A DNA stretch of 64,000 bases from Candidatus Eiseniibacteriota bacterium (GCA_963725865.1 CAVSAC010000010.1:416001-480000); one strand, 5' to 3'. Counted from the stretch's first letter, positions 39,442-50,825 are shown. Translations and numbers: made by a program. The notes: generated from the sequence alone by a model not told the origin.

Positions 39442-40590
39442 TCAGCGCCGCGAGAACAGCGAGAGCGTGAACGTGCGCTCCAGCACCCAGACCACCGCGA
39501 CCCACGCGATCCCGAGCGATCCGAGCCCCATCACGATGCGCGGATACCAACGCCGCCGCGAACCGGCATAGATCAGCGGCATGACGACCGCCACCACCCC
39601 GAGCTGGCCCACCTCGACCCCGATGTTGAACGCCGCGAGCGCCAGCGCGTGCGCGTTGCGAGGCAACGACAGGTTGTTCAACGCGCCGGCGAAACCCAGC
39701 CCGTGCACCAGCCCGAAGCCGAACGCCATCACCCACGCCCGCCCGGGCAGGAACGGGCGCAGGTTGTTCCACGCCGCCGCGAACACGGACAGCGCGATGC
39801 CGACCTCGACCCACTGTTCCCGGATGCGCACGAGCCCGAAGAACGAGAGGGCGAGCGTCAGGGAGTGCGCCACCGTGAACGCGGTGACGACCTTCAGGAC
39901 CTCCTGGGTCGACGGCCAGATTCCCGCCCGCGGCGTCCAGCCGCGTCCCGCGCGCAGCAGTGGCGCGGGCAGCAGCAGGGACGTCAGGAAGAGCATGTGG
40001 TCGAGGCCGCTCCAGATGTGCCCGATGCCGTCCCGGATGAACTCGAGCGTCACCTGCACGAGGTGGAACTGCTTCACCGCGAACGTGGCCGTGCGCTGGT
40101 CGGCGTGGAACGCGCCGACGCTGGTGACGCGCGCGTCCTCGACCGAGAAGTAGGCGCGGTGCGTGGGATCGCGGTCGAACAGCAGGTCGCAGTGCATGCG
40201 GAGCCGGGTCGGAGACTTCGCGCAATCGGCGACGAGGTGGAATCGCACCGAGCTGGTCGCCTCGTTCCACTCCATGGGAGCCGCGGTCAGCTCGAGCGGA
40301 CATGCCAGGCTGTCGGACTCGATCGTGAGCGAGCGTGCGAGCAGCGCGCGCAGCTCCGACTCGTGCGGCTGCAGATCGCGCCACCCCACCGTCCCGCCGA
40401 GCGACGTGTCGAGCCCGAGCGCGAGCCGCGCGTCGCGCAGGTGCAGGTCCCAATCGCCTTCCAGGTGCGCCCCTTCGACCCGCAGGCGCAGCTGGCTCAT
40501 CCCGACCCCGTGCGACGCGGCGGGTCCCGCCGCGCACGCCAGACCGACGAGGACCGCGAGTGCCGCCGACCATCCGAGGGGTTTCCGCAT
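39442..40590 (-). CDS. HupE/UreJ family protein (periplasmic domain + multi-TM domain)
   Basis: GIGHIWSGLDHMLFL, TAFTVAHSLTL, FGLVHGLGFA and FNIGVEVGQ. Confidence 0.9.
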   Translation of the reverse strand: MRKPLGWSAALAVLVGLACAAGPAASHGVGMSQLRLRVEGAHLEGDWDLHLRDARLALGLDTSLGGTVGWRDLQPHESELRALLARSLTIESDSLACPLELTAAPMEWNEATSSVRFHLVADCAKSPTRLRMHCDLLFDRDPTHRAYFSVEDARVTSVGAFHADQRTATFAVKQFHLVQVTLEFIRDGIGHIWSGLDHMLFLTSLLLPAPLLRAGRGWTPRAGIWPSTQEVLKVVTAFTVAHSLTLALSFFGLVRIREQWVEVGIALSVFAAAWNNLRPFLPGRAWVMAFGFGLVHGLGFAGALNNLSLPRNAHALALAAFNIGVEVGQLGVVAVVMPLIYAGSRRRWYPRIVMGLGSLGIAWVAVVWVLERTFTLSLFSRR

Positions 40591-40789
40591 GACGCAGCAT
40601 CGCATGCCCGGGAGCCCGGACGCATCGACATCGGTCGCCCCACCCGAACGCCGACCCGGAATCCGCCGCGGATTTTCGCATCACTAAACGGCGGGCCGGC
40701 CGGCGGGGCGAGGGCTGGCGGAGAGGCCGGCGGCGGGTGATGCTCGCCCCCACGCCGGCCCACCCCTCACGCGTCCCGAGGTGCTCGCC

Positions 40790-41734
40790 ATGCCCGTCCC
40801 GTCATCGCGCTGGTCACTCCGGCCCCACATCGCCCGCATCGCCACCGCGCTCCTGCTGCTCGCGACACCCGTCGGTGCGCTCGCCCAGCCGGCGGTCGGC
40901 TTCATGGAGAGTTTTCCCGGCACGCTGACCTCTGGCTGGGGCGGAGGCGCCGTGGTCTCCAATCCCGGCACCGGCGGCGCGCTCGGGGCAGGCGACGGCT
41001 TCCTGCGTATCGCGGTGCCCGGACCGCTGCCCGGGAATCTCGGCTCGTTCGTCCAGACCCCGGCGTACGTCGGCGACTGGACCGCCGTCGGCATCCACCA
41101 GGTCGATCTGTGGCTGAACGACGTCGGCGAGCTGGACACGCTCGAGATGCACTTCGTGATCGGGAACGCGGTGGCCGAGAATATCTGGGAGTACAGCCTC
41201 GGGTTCGTGCCGCCGGCCGGCCAGTGGGCGCACTTCGTCGTCGATCTGAGGGACTCGGCGTCGTTCTCGCGGATCGGCACCGGACCCGGCAACTACACCC
41301 AGGCCTTGACCCAGGTGGACCGCATCCTCGTGCGCCACGACTTCGCGCCGTACACGCGGTTCCCCGACACCGTGGTCGGCGACGTCGGGCTCGACGAGCT
41401 GCTGCTGAGCGGGGGCACCACCGGCGTGGGCGACGGCGGGCCGCGCTCGCGGCCGCGCGCGGTCCAACTCGCGCCCCCGATGCCCAACCCGGCGCGCGGT
41501 CGCGTGACGCTGCGGATGGAGACGCGCGAGGCCGCGCCGGTGCGCATCCAGATCGTGGATGCCCTGGGCCGGCTGGTCCGCCACGCCGAGCTGCCGGCCG
41601 CGGCACCCGGCGCCCGCACCTGGACGTGGGATGGCGTGGACGACCGCGGCAGCCGGGCGGCCGCGGGCGTCTATCGCGTCCGCGCCGTGGGACCCGGCGG
41701 CGGCACCAGCCGGCCGCTCGTGCTGCTCCGCTAG
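40790..41734 (+). CDS. Secreted protein with a C-terminal FlgD-Ig-like domain
   Basis: Signal peptide and C-terminal PNPARG...DALGRLVR...WDGVDDRG...GVYRVR. Confidence 0.78.
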   Translation: MPVPSSRWSLRPHIARIATALLLLATPVGALAQPAVGFMESFPGTLTSGWGGGAVVSNPGTGGALGAGDGFLRIAVPGPLPGNLGSFVQTPAYVGDWTAVGIHQVDLWLNDVGELDTLEMHFVIGNAVAENIWEYSLGFVPPAGQWAHFVVDLRDSASFSRIGTGPGNYTQALTQVDRILVRHDFAPYTRFPDTVVGDVGLDELLLSGGTTGVGDGGPRSRPRAVQLAPPMPNPARGRVTLRMETREAAPVRIQIVDALGRLVRHAELPAAAPGARTWTWDGVDDRGSRAAAGVYRVRAVGPGGGTSRPLVLLR

Positions 41735-41822
41735 GCCGCTGCGCGCGGCCGCCGTGCGCCGACCGCTGCGGCGATCACCCGCGCCGGTGCCGTCGCGGTC
41801 CGCGCACGCTATGCTGCGCCCC

Positions 41823-42191
41823 ATGTCGAATCCGGGGGAGACCGCGGTGCAGGTGCTGCCGGACGCGCGACGCGTCGGCGAGACGCAGGGCGTGCGCTTC
41901 CGCGTGACGCTCGAGGGCGTGTCGTACGACGCGTTCGCGGTCCGCTGGAGCGGGCGGCTTCACGCCTACGTGAATCGCTGCCCCCACCAGGGCAACGCGC
42001 TCGACTTCGGCGATGCGGTGTTCTTCGACGAAGCGTGCGACGCGCTGGTCTGCACCCACCACGGCGCGCGCTTCCATCCGGCGGATGGCCTCTGCGTGGA
42101 TGGTCCGTGTCGCGGCGGGCGCCTCACGGCGCTGGCGCTCGAGCTGCGCGACGGCGCGCTCTGGTGCGTGGGCCGCGCCCTGCGTCCCTGA
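41823..42191 (+). CDS. Rieske [2Fe-2S] ferredoxin
   Basis: NRCPHQG ... VCTHHGARF...G.C..GP. Confidence 0.88.
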   Translation: MSNPGETAVQVLPDARRVGETQGVRFRVTLEGVSYDAFAVRWSGRLHAYVNRCPHQGNALDFGDAVFFDEACDALVCTHHGARFHPADGLCVDGPCRGGRLTALALELRDGALWCVGRALRP

Positions 42192-42245
42192 GCGCGAGCG
42201 GGCCGCGGACGACCGGCGCCCGCGGCCCGCTCACGCCCGCGCGGA

Positions 42246-42920
42246 TCAGCGCCGCGCCGGCGCGTTGAGATTCGCGATCACGCCCTTGTCGTTCAGGTCG
42301 AGATAGCCGACCAGCCGCGCGCTGCGGCGCACCGCGTCCGACAACGTGGCCGCCTTGCGGTCGGCCACGATCGCCCGCGCGAGCGCGGGGGTGAGCGCCA
42401 GCGGATGGCCGCGCTCGCCCTTGAAGCGCGGCACCAGGGCGTACGAGAAGCGGGTGCGCTCGCGGGCGTTGCGGTTGGCGGCGAGCGCCTGGAGCAGGAC
42501 GTTGCCGATCGAGGCGACGGTGGTCGCCGCCACGTGCGGGTGGTCGACCGGCAGCACCAGCAGCCCCGCGGGCTTGCGCTTGAGCGCGGCGGCAAGCCCC
42601 GACTGCACGCTCGACAGCATCCCGCGCTGCCAGCGCGCGTTGATCACGAACTGGCACTCGAGCCCCGGCGCCCCGTGGCCGTGCGCGTGGGCGAGGTCGG
42701 GATGCAGCCGGCCGTGCTCCACCAGCGTCTCGAACTCCGCGATGATGGCGCGCTGCACGGCGGTCGCATGGGCCCCCAGCACCACCACCACGTCGTCACA
42801 CGCGGCCCACAGATGCCGCACGCCGTGGACGGCGAACGACGCCGCCCCGGTGCGGACGAGCGCCTTGTCGTGTCCCATCCGGCGCGACGCGCCGGCGGCC
42901 AGCAGGACTCCCGCGAGCAT
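42246..42920 (-). CDS. mocA: Molybdenum cofactor cytidylyltransferase-like nucleotidyltransferase
   Basis: LLAAGASRRMG..KAL, GMLSS, PVDHP and GHP. Last gene of the molybdoenzyme operon. Confidence 0.8.
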   Translation of the reverse strand: MLAGVLLAAGASRRMGHDKALVRTGAASFAVHGVRHLWAACDDVVVVLGAHATAVQRAIIAEFETLVEHGRLHPDLAHAHGHGAPGLECQFVINARWQRGMLSSVQSGLAAALKRKPAGLLVLPVDHPHVAATTVASIGNVLLQALAANRNARERTRFSYALVPRFKGERGHPLALTPALARAIVADRKAATLSDAVRRSARLVGYLDLNDKGVIANLNAPARR

Positions 42921-42923
42921 GAT

Positions 42924-43913
42924 CTACCTCCCTGTCGGGTCCGCGTCCTCGGTCCCCGCCTCCGCGGGGGCCGCATCGTGCATCTCCATGTCGGCCGGCC
43001 GCACGCCCGCGCGCGCGGGCGGCACCCAGCCGCGTTCGATCCCGAGCCCGCGTCGCACCGCGATGATCTGCGCCATCACGCTGACCGCGATCTCCTCGGG
43101 ACCGTCGGCGCCGATCGCCAGCCCGACCGGCGCGTGCAGGCGCGCGATTTCCTCGTCGCTGAAGCCCTTCGCCCGCAGCCGCAACGCGAACTTGCGCTGC
43201 TTGGCGGTGCTGCCGAGCATGCCGAGGAAGCGCAGCGGCCGCCGCAGCAGCCCCTGCACCAGGCGCTGGTCGATGGCGTGGTCGTGGGTGGTGATCACGG
43301 CGTAGTCCCCGGGCTGCGTGGCGAGCGAGCGCAGGAAGTCCTCGGGGTCCTGCACCGCCACCCGGGCCGTCGGGAAGCGCTCGGCGGTCGCCCACTCCGG
43401 GCGGCCGTCGATCACGGTCACGTCGAAGCCGCAGCCGGCGGCGATCGCCGCGAGCGGCTTGGCGATGTAGCCGGCGCCGAACACCCACAGCCGCGGCGCC
43501 ATCTCGACCACTTCGAGGAACACGCTCATCTCGCCTCCACAGCACATGCCGAGGTCCCGCGTGAGGTGGCGCTCGACGAGCGCGGTGCCGCCGCGCTCGA
43601 ACAGCTCGCGCGCGGCCGCCAGCACCTCGTGCTCGATCGCGCCGCCGCCGATGGTGCCGACGGTCAGGCCGTCGGCGGCGATCAGCATCCGCGCGCCGGC
43701 CTTGCGCGGGGTGTAGCCGCGCGCGGCGGTGACGGTGGCCATCACGAAGCGGCGCTGCTCGGCCCGCCAGCGCGCCAGCGCCTCCCAGACCTCGCCCTCG
43801 CGGGTGCGGCGCGGCAGGTCGATGCCGGGCGTGCCCCCGGTGCCGGTGGGCTCGCCCCCGCAGCGCTGCGCGCGATCGTGCTCGTCGAATTCCTCGGGTT
43901 CGCTCGGACTCAT
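42924..43913 (-). CDS. xdhC: XdhC/CoxI-family Moco insertion chaperone
   Basis: GYTPRKAGARM, GTIGGG, LGMCCGG, FGAG, THDHAID and PEEIAVS. Confidence 0.9.
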   Translation of the reverse strand: MSPSEPEEFDEHDRAQRCGGEPTGTGGTPGIDLPRRTREGEVWEALARWRAEQRRFVMATVTAARGYTPRKAGARMLIAADGLTVGTIGGGAIEHEVLAAARELFERGGTALVERHLTRDLGMCCGGEMSVFLEVVEMAPRLWVFGAGYIAKPLAAIAAGCGFDVTVIDGRPEWATAERFPTARVAVQDPEDFLRSLATQPGDYAVITTHDHAIDQRLVQGLLRRPLRFLGMLGSTAKQRKFALRLRAKGFSDEEIARLHAPVGLAIGADGPEEIAVSVMAQIIAVRRGLGIERGWVPPARAGVRPADMEMHDAAPAEAGTEDADPTGR

Positions 43914-44902
43914 GGCTGCTCGCTCGCGAGGGCGTCGCGCACCGTGCGGGTGACCATCACCGGCACCATGGCGCGCCGCCACTCGGTATCGTACGGCACA
44001 TTGGACAGCGGGTGACACTGCTGGTGGGCGGCATTGGCGAGGGCCGCGAGCGCCGCGTCGTCCAGCGGACGCCCGTTCAGCAGCGCGTCCAGTCCGGCGA
44101 CCACGCGCGGCTTGGCCGCCAGCGCGCTCACCACCAGCCGCGCCTCGGCGCAGATGCCGCCCTCCAGGCGGGTCGCGAACGCCACCGACAGCATCGGGAA
44201 GTCGATCGCCTTCCGCGGGCGCAGCTTGCGGTACGCGCTCCGCATCGCGCGGGCGCGCGCCGGCACCACCACGCGCGTCACCAGTTCGTCGGGGCGGCGC
44301 ACCGTGTTGTGCACTCCATCGCCGACGAAGAAGTCGTCGAGCTTCACGGTGCGCGTGCCGGCGTGGCTCGACAGCTCGACCGCGGCGTCGAGCGCGATCA
44401 ACATCGGCGCGACGTCCGAGGAGTGTGCCGCCACGCACCGACGGCCCTGCGGCACCACGTGGCAGACGGTGCCCGACTTCTTCAGGCAGTAGCCGATGGC
44501 CCCGCGCCAGAACAGCGTCTGGTTGTAGTACGTGCAGCGCGTGTCGAGGCACAGGTTGCCGCCCAGCGTGCCCATGTTGCGGATCTGGGGCGAGGCCACC
44601 TGCGACGCCGCGCGCGCCAGACCGGGCAGCTCGCGGGCGACCACCGGGTGCGCGGCCAAAGCGGCCAGCGTCGTCAGCGGACCCAGCACGAGGTCGCCGC
44701 CCTCCTCGCGCACGAAGCGCAGCGCGTCGAGCCCGCCGATGTGGATCACGCGCCGCGGCTCGTGCAGGCCGTGCTTGAGATTGGGCACCGCGTCGGTGCC
44801 GCCGGCCACCACCAGGCTCTCCTCGGGACGCTCGGCCAGCAGCGCGAGCGCCGCCTCCACCGTCGCGGGGTGCGTCCACTCGAAGCGCGGCAGCGTCAGC
44901 AT
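43910..44902 (-). CDS. Xanthine-dehydrogenase-family FAD subunit with a [4Fe-4S] insert (HcrB-like)
   Basis: AGGTD, QIRNMGTLGGNLC and the Cys-rich insert CLDTRCTYYNQ...CLKKSGTVCHV...C, plus KAIDFP. Confidence 0.88.
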   Translation of the reverse strand: MLTLPRFEWTHPATVEAALALLAERPEESLVVAGGTDAVPNLKHGLHEPRRVIHIGGLDALRFVREEGGDLVLGPLTTLAALAAHPVVARELPGLARAASQVASPQIRNMGTLGGNLCLDTRCTYYNQTLFWRGAIGYCLKKSGTVCHVVPQGRRCVAAHSSDVAPMLIALDAAVELSSHAGTRTVKLDDFFVGDGVHNTVRRPDELVTRVVVPARARAMRSAYRKLRPRKAIDFPMLSVAFATRLEGGICAEARLVVSALAAKPRVVAGLDALLNGRPLDDAALAALANAAHQQCHPLSNVPYDTEWRRAMVPVMVTRTVRDALASEQP

Positions 44903-44909
44903 CGCGCCC

Positions 44910-47386
44910 TCATCGTGCCGCTCCCGTGGCGCGCCGCTGGGCGCGCGCCCGCTCCCACGCGGCCCGCGCATCGGTCTCCTTCAGCAGGCCGAGCACCCGC
45001 GGCGGATGGAACGGGAGCCGCTGACAACGGATGCCGAGCGCGTCGTGGATGGCGTTCGCGATCGCGGGGATGCTCGGATGCAGCGGCCCTTCGCCCGCCT
45101 CCTTGGCGCCGTAGGGACCCTCGGGGTCCACCGACTCGACGATGAACGACTCCAGCGCTGGGGTATCGAGCGTGGTCGGGATGCGGTAGTCGAGCAGCGA
45201 GGGACCGTGGTGGATCCCCGGTCCGTGTCCGGGGGCGGCGGGCTTGAACGCCTGCTCCTCGAACAGCGCCTCGCCGAAGCCCATGTAGGCGCTGCCCTCC
45301 ATCTGCCCTTCGACCGTGACCGGGTTGAGCGCGCGCCCGCAGTCGTGCGCGACCCAGATGTGCGTGACGTCGACGAAGCCGGTCTCGGGGTCGCATTCCA
45401 CCTCGGCGACGTGCGCGGTGAACGAGTAGGCGGGCGAGGCGCCGATGGTGCCGCCGCGGTAGTCGCCGCCCAGCCGGGGGCTCTGGTACCAGCCCACCGC
45501 GCCGAGCGTGCCGTGACGCGCCTCCGCCAGCTGGAACGCCTCCCGCACGCTCATGCTGGCGCGCTGCGGGTCGCGGGTGTTGCACGCGACTCCCTGCGCG
45601 AGCGCGACCTCGCCGGGAGCGCAGCCCCAGCGCTCCGCGAGCGCATCGGCGACGCGCTCGCGCACCGTGCGCGCGGCGTCGAGGCAGGCGTTGCCGGCCA
45701 TGAACGTCTCGCGGCTGGAGTACGAGCCGAGGTCCACCGGGGTGAGATCGGTATCGGCAGCCACCACGCGCACGTCACCGAGCTCGAGCCCCAGCTCCTC
45801 GCAAACGATCAGCGCGAGCATCGAGTCGCTGCCCTGGCCGATGTCGGAGGCGCCGCAGAACACCGTGGCGCGCCCGCTGCGGTCGACCTTGAGCTGCACC
45901 GCGCTCTGCGGCATCTCGTTCGGGTAGATGCAGTAGTTGGTGCCGCTGATGTACATGCTGCCGGCGACCCCGACCCCGCGGCCGTAGGGCATCCGGCGAA
46001 ACTTCTCCTTCCAGCCCGAGGCGCGCTCCACCGCGTCGAGGCACTCGAGGAAGCCGTTCGAGGTGATGCGCATGCCGTTGACGGTGCGCGTGTGCTCGCC
46101 GATGGAGTTGCGCCGGCGCACCTCGATCGGATCGAGCCCGGCGGCCTCGGCGAGCCGGTCGATCTGGCACTCGAACGCGAACCGCGGCTGCACCGAGCCG
46201 TGGCCGCGCTTGGGCCCGCAGCACGGCTTGTTCGTGAACACGCGGGTCGAGTCAAAGTGGTAGGCGCCGATCCGGTAGGGCGCGGTCAGCAGTTGGCCCG
46301 AGTAATACGTGGTCACCAGTCCGAACGAGGAGTACGCGCCGCCGTCGAGCTGGATGCGCGCGTCGACGCCGGTCAGCGTGCCGTCGCGCTGCATGCCGGT
46401 GCGGTAGTGCAGCCGCATCGGGTGACGCCCGCGGTGCGCGTAGAAGACCTCCTCGCGGGTGTAGAGGATCTTGACCGGCCGCCCAGTCTGCATCGAGAGC
46501 CTCGCGGCGCAGAACTCGAGCGAGAACGGCTCGCTCTTGCCGCCGAACGCCCCGCCGATCACCGGCTGGATCACGCGCACGCGCTGGGTCGGCAGTCCCA
46601 GCACCTTCGCGAGGTCGCGGTGCAGGTAGTGCGCGACCTGGGTGCTGGACCAGACCGTGAGCAGTCCGCTCGGGTCGAAGTCCGCCACGCAGCAGTGCGG
46701 CTCGATCGCCGCGTGGGTGGAGCCCTCGTACCAGTACTCGGCCTCGACCACGTGGTCGCTCGCGGCCAGCGCCGCGTCGGTGTCGCCGAACGACAGCTCC
46801 ACGTGCTTGGAGATGTTGCCCTCGCGCACGTGGTCGTGGAGCTTGCGCTCGGGATGACCGAGCGCCTCGTCGATCGAGGTCACCGCTGGTAGCACCTCGT
46901 AGTCCACGCGGACCAGCGCCAGCGCCTCCTCGGCCAGCCGCTCGGAATCGGCCGCCACCGCGGCGACCGCGTCGCCGACGTAGCGCACCCGGTCCTCGCA
47001 CAGCGCCTGCTCGTCCTCGGTCCACGGGATGATGCCGTAGCGGATCGGCAGGTCGCGTCCGGTGATGACCGCGCGCACGCCCGGCAGCGCGAGCGCCGCG
47101 GAGGCATCGATCGCCAGGATGCGCGCGTGCGCGTGGGGGCTGCGCAGCAGCTTGGCGTGCAGCATGCGCGGCAGCACCAGGTCGTCGGCGTAGACCGCGC
47201 GCCCGGTGACCTTGGCGAGCCCCTCGATCTTGCGGTTGCGGCGCCCCACCACCGCGAACGATCCGTTGGGCGGCGCGCTGCGGCCCCCGGGCCACGCCGG
47301 CGGGCTCAGGCGCTCCTCGCGGGGCATCTGGCGGCCGACCGGCACCGCCATGTCCGGGCGTGCGGCGCCTTCGTGCTCGCCGTCGC

Positions 47387-47390
<4 letters not shown>
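44910..47390 (-). CDS. Xanthine-dehydrogenase-family molybdopterin-binding large subunit (HcrA-like)
   Basis: KVTGRAVYADD, RSPHAHA, IGGAFGGK, RGHG, DIGQG, SYSSR, GQMEG and GAKEAGE. Confidence 0.9.
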
Positions 47391-47872
<482 letters not shown>

Positions 47873-47917
47873 TGGAACCTCGCGCGGGCCGGGCGGTATC
47901 CACAGCAGGACCGTGCG

Positions 47918-47946
47918 ATTGAAGCCGCTCGGCGCGCGGGTGTCAA
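47918..47946 (-). promoter_or_regulatory. Sigma70-type promoter of the molybdoenzyme operon
   Basis: TTGACA (47946-47941), 17-nt spacer, TTCAAT (47923-47918). Confidence 0.5.
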
Positions 47947-48026
47947 CGCGCCGGAACCTCGCGGACCGCCGCGCGACCGCGGGCGACTTGCGGGGCCTCC
48001 ACGCCGCGGTCCACAATCACATCCGC

Positions 48027-49286
48027 ATGGACCCGTCGAATCCACATCCGGCCTCTCTGTGGTGGGTCGATCCCGGACCACCGTTCGCCACGCTGTCCGG
48101 CGAGCTCGACGCCGACGTCGTGATCCTCGGCGGCGGCATCAGCGGCATCACCCTCGCCCATACGATCGCGGAGCAGGGCGGGACCGTGATCCTGCTGGAT
48201 GTCGGGCCGCTCGCGGGCGCCGCCAGCGGTCGCAACGCCGGTTTCTTGCTCGCGATGCCGGCCGAACCCTACAGCGAGGGCATCGCTCTGTGGGGCCGCG
48301 CCGGCGCCCGCGCGGTGCTGGAGACCGGACGACGCTCGCACCAGCGCGTGCGTTCGCTGGTCGAGTCGCTGGGCCTCGATTGCGACTACCAGGCCCGCGG
48401 CTCCTACCGCCTCGCGCGCACCGAGGAGGAGGCCGAGGATCTGCGCGCCTCGCTCCCGCTGATGCACGCGGACGGGTTCGCGATGCGCGAGGTGCCGGCG
48501 ATCGAGGCGCTCCCGAACCCGGCGGTCGCCGCGCGCTTCGTCGCCGCGTTCGAGGTGGCCGAGGACGGTGAGATCCACCCGGTGCGATTCCTCCACGGCG
48601 TCGCGCGGGCGGCGATCCAGCGCGGCGCCCGGCTGTTCGAGCACTCGCCCGCGCTGGGCGCGCGCTGGCAGGGCGGACTCTGGGAGGTGCGCGCGGAACG
48701 CGGCGTCGCGCGCGCGCGCGCGCTGGTGCTGGCGACCAACGCGTACGCCCCGCGGCTCTGCCCCGGGCTCGGCGCCCTCATCCAACCGCGGCGCGGGCAG
48801 ATGCTCAGCACCGCGCCGATCGGCCGCGCGATCTCGACCCGGCCCGTCTATGCGCACTGGGGCTACCAGTACTGGCGCCAGCTCGCCGATGGGCGGCTGG
48901 TGATCGGTGGCTGGCGCGACGTCGACCTCGACGGCGAGACCGGCTTCGGCGACGAACCCACGGCGCGCATCCAGTCGGCGATCGAGCGCGGACTCGCGGA
49001 GCTGGTGCCCGAGGGGATCGCGATCGAGCGCCGCTGGGCGGGCACGATGGGCTTCGCGCGCGATGGCCGCCCGTTGGTGGGCTGGCTCGACGCGCAGCAT
49101 CACCTCGCGATCTGCGCCGGCTTCACCGGCCACGGCATGGGCATGGCCGCCGCATGTACCGTCGACCTCGCGCAGGTGTTGGCGTTCCGCCGCGCGCCCG
49201 GGATCGAGACCTACGACCCGTCGCGCTTCCCCGAACTGCGCGCGACCCGCGACGGCGTCACGGCATTGGGCACCGCGAGCGGCTGA
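48027..49286 (+). CDS. FAD-dependent oxidoreductase (DAO/PuuB-like)
   Basis: DVVILGGGISG, ASGRNAG, LATNAY and GFTGHGM. Confidence 0.88.
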   Translation: MDPSNPHPASLWWVDPGPPFATLSGELDADVVILGGGISGITLAHTIAEQGGTVILLDVGPLAGAASGRNAGFLLAMPAEPYSEGIALWGRAGARAVLETGRRSHQRVRSLVESLGLDCDYQARGSYRLARTEEEAEDLRASLPLMHADGFAMREVPAIEALPNPAVAARFVAAFEVAEDGEIHPVRFLHGVARAAIQRGARLFEHSPALGARWQGGLWEVRAERGVARARALVLATNAYAPRLCPGLGALIQPRRGQMLSTAPIGRAISTRPVYAHWGYQYWRQLADGRLVIGGWRDVDLDGETGFGDEPTARIQSAIERGLAELVPEGIAIERRWAGTMGFARDGRPLVGWLDAQHHLAICAGFTGHGMGMAAACTVDLAQVLAFRRAPGIETYDPSRFPELRATRDGVTALGTASG

Positions 49287-49433
49287 GGCTCGGCGCGCCC
49301 GATCGACTCCGATCCCGGTCGCTCACGGAGCTTCACGCCCCTTCTCGCGGCGCGCTATACTGCGTCCGCCTTCATGCACTCCGCCCTTCTGACGACCATT
49401 CGGCGCCCGTCGGCGCCAGGGAGACGCCGCGAT

Positions 49434-50825
49434 ATGGAACTCAAGACGCTCGATGAAATCCGCATTGCCGCCGCCGCGATCGCCACCGGGAATGGTGATG
49501 CGCTCGATCGCCTCGTATGGACCGGTGTGTTCGGCGCGGTCGAGTTGCGCGACGCCGCGCGGGCCGCGGTGCTGGGCCAGTGCCGCTCGGCCGACATCTA
49601 TCCGGCCTCGATCCACGGCGTGTACACCGCCCGCGGCCGTGGCGAGGCCCCGTGCGACTTCACGGTTCCCGCGATCAACATCCGCGGCCTCGCCTACGAC
49701 ACCGCCCGCGCACTGATGCGCGCGCGCAAGGCGCTGGATGCGGGCGCGGTGATCTGCGAGATCGCGCGCTCCGAGATCGTGTACACCGATCAGCGTCCCG
49801 CCGAGTACGTCTTCGTCGTGATGGCCGCCGCGCTGCGCGAGGGCGTTCAGGGTCCGTTGTTCATCCAGGGCGACCACTTCCAGGTGAACGCCAAGAAGTA
49901 CGCCGCCGACCCGGCCGCCGAGCTGAAGGCGGTCAAGGACATCACCGCGCAGGGGATCGTGGCGGGCTTCTACAACATCGACGTGGACACCTCGACGCTG
50001 GTCGATCTCTCGAAGGACGGTCACGAGGCACAGCAGCAGCTCAACGGCGGACTGTGCGCCGAGCTGACGGCGTACATCCGCCAGATCGAGCCGCGGAGCG
50101 TGACGGTGTCGGTGGGCGGCGAGATCGGCGAGGTGGGGTCCAAGAACTCGACGCCCGAAGAGCTCGACGCGTTCATGAAGGTCTACCAGGCGGCACTCGC
50201 GAAGCACGCCCCGGGCAAGCCCGGCATCAGCAAGATCTCGATCCAGACCGGCACCTCGCACGGCGGCGTGCCGCTTCCGGACGGCACGATCGCGCAGGTC
50301 AAGATCGACTTCGACGCGATCGACCGCATCTCCAAGCTCGCGCGCGAGCGGTATGCGATGGGCGGCGCGGTGCAGCACGGCGCCTCGACCCTGCCGGCCG
50401 AGCTGTTCGACCGCTTCCCGGCGCTGGGCGCCTGCGAGATCCACCTGGCGACCGAGTTCCAGAACATGCTGTTCGACCACCCCGCGTTCCCGGCGGAGCT
50501 CAAGCAGGCGATCTACGCGAAGCTGCGCGAGACCGACGCGGGCGACCGCAAGGCGACCGACACCGACGAGCAGTTCTTCTACAAGACTCGCAAGAAGGCG
50601 ACCGGCGCCTGGAAGCGCCAGCTGTGGTCGCTGCCCGCCGACGTGCGCGGCGCGATCGGCAAGTCGCTCGAGGACAAGTTCCGGTTCCTGCTCCAGAAGC
50701 TGCGCGTCAACGGCACCGCGGCGATGGCGGCGAAGTTCGCACCGTACGTCGAGGGCAGCTTCCCGAGCCTCGGGGCCGCGCTCGTCGCGCACGCGCCCGA
50801 GGACGTCTCGGGGCTGTCGGACTGA
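49434..50825 (+). CDS. Class II fructose-bisphosphate aldolase family protein (long form)
   Basis: VPAINIR, QGDHFQ, DVDTS, GEIGEVG, GTSHGG and VQHGAS. Adjacent to fbp, with a TATACT -10 at 49356. Confidence 0.85.
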   Translation: MELKTLDEIRIAAAAIATGNGDALDRLVWTGVFGAVELRDAARAAVLGQCRSADIYPASIHGVYTARGRGEAPCDFTVPAINIRGLAYDTARALMRARKALDAGAVICEIARSEIVYTDQRPAEYVFVVMAAALREGVQGPLFIQGDHFQVNAKKYAADPAAELKAVKDITAQGIVAGFYNIDVDTSTLVDLSKDGHEAQQQLNGGLCAELTAYIRQIEPRSVTVSVGGEIGEVGSKNSTPEELDAFMKVYQAALAKHAPGKPGISKISIQTGTSHGGVPLPDGTIAQVKIDFDAIDRISKLARERYAMGGAVQHGASTLPAELFDRFPALGACEIHLATEFQNMLFDHPAFPAELKQAIYAKLRETDAGDRKATDTDEQFFYKTRKKATGAWKRQLWSLPADVRGAIGKSLEDKFRFLLQKLRVNGTAAMAAKFAPYVEGSFPSLGAALVAHAPEDVSGLSD

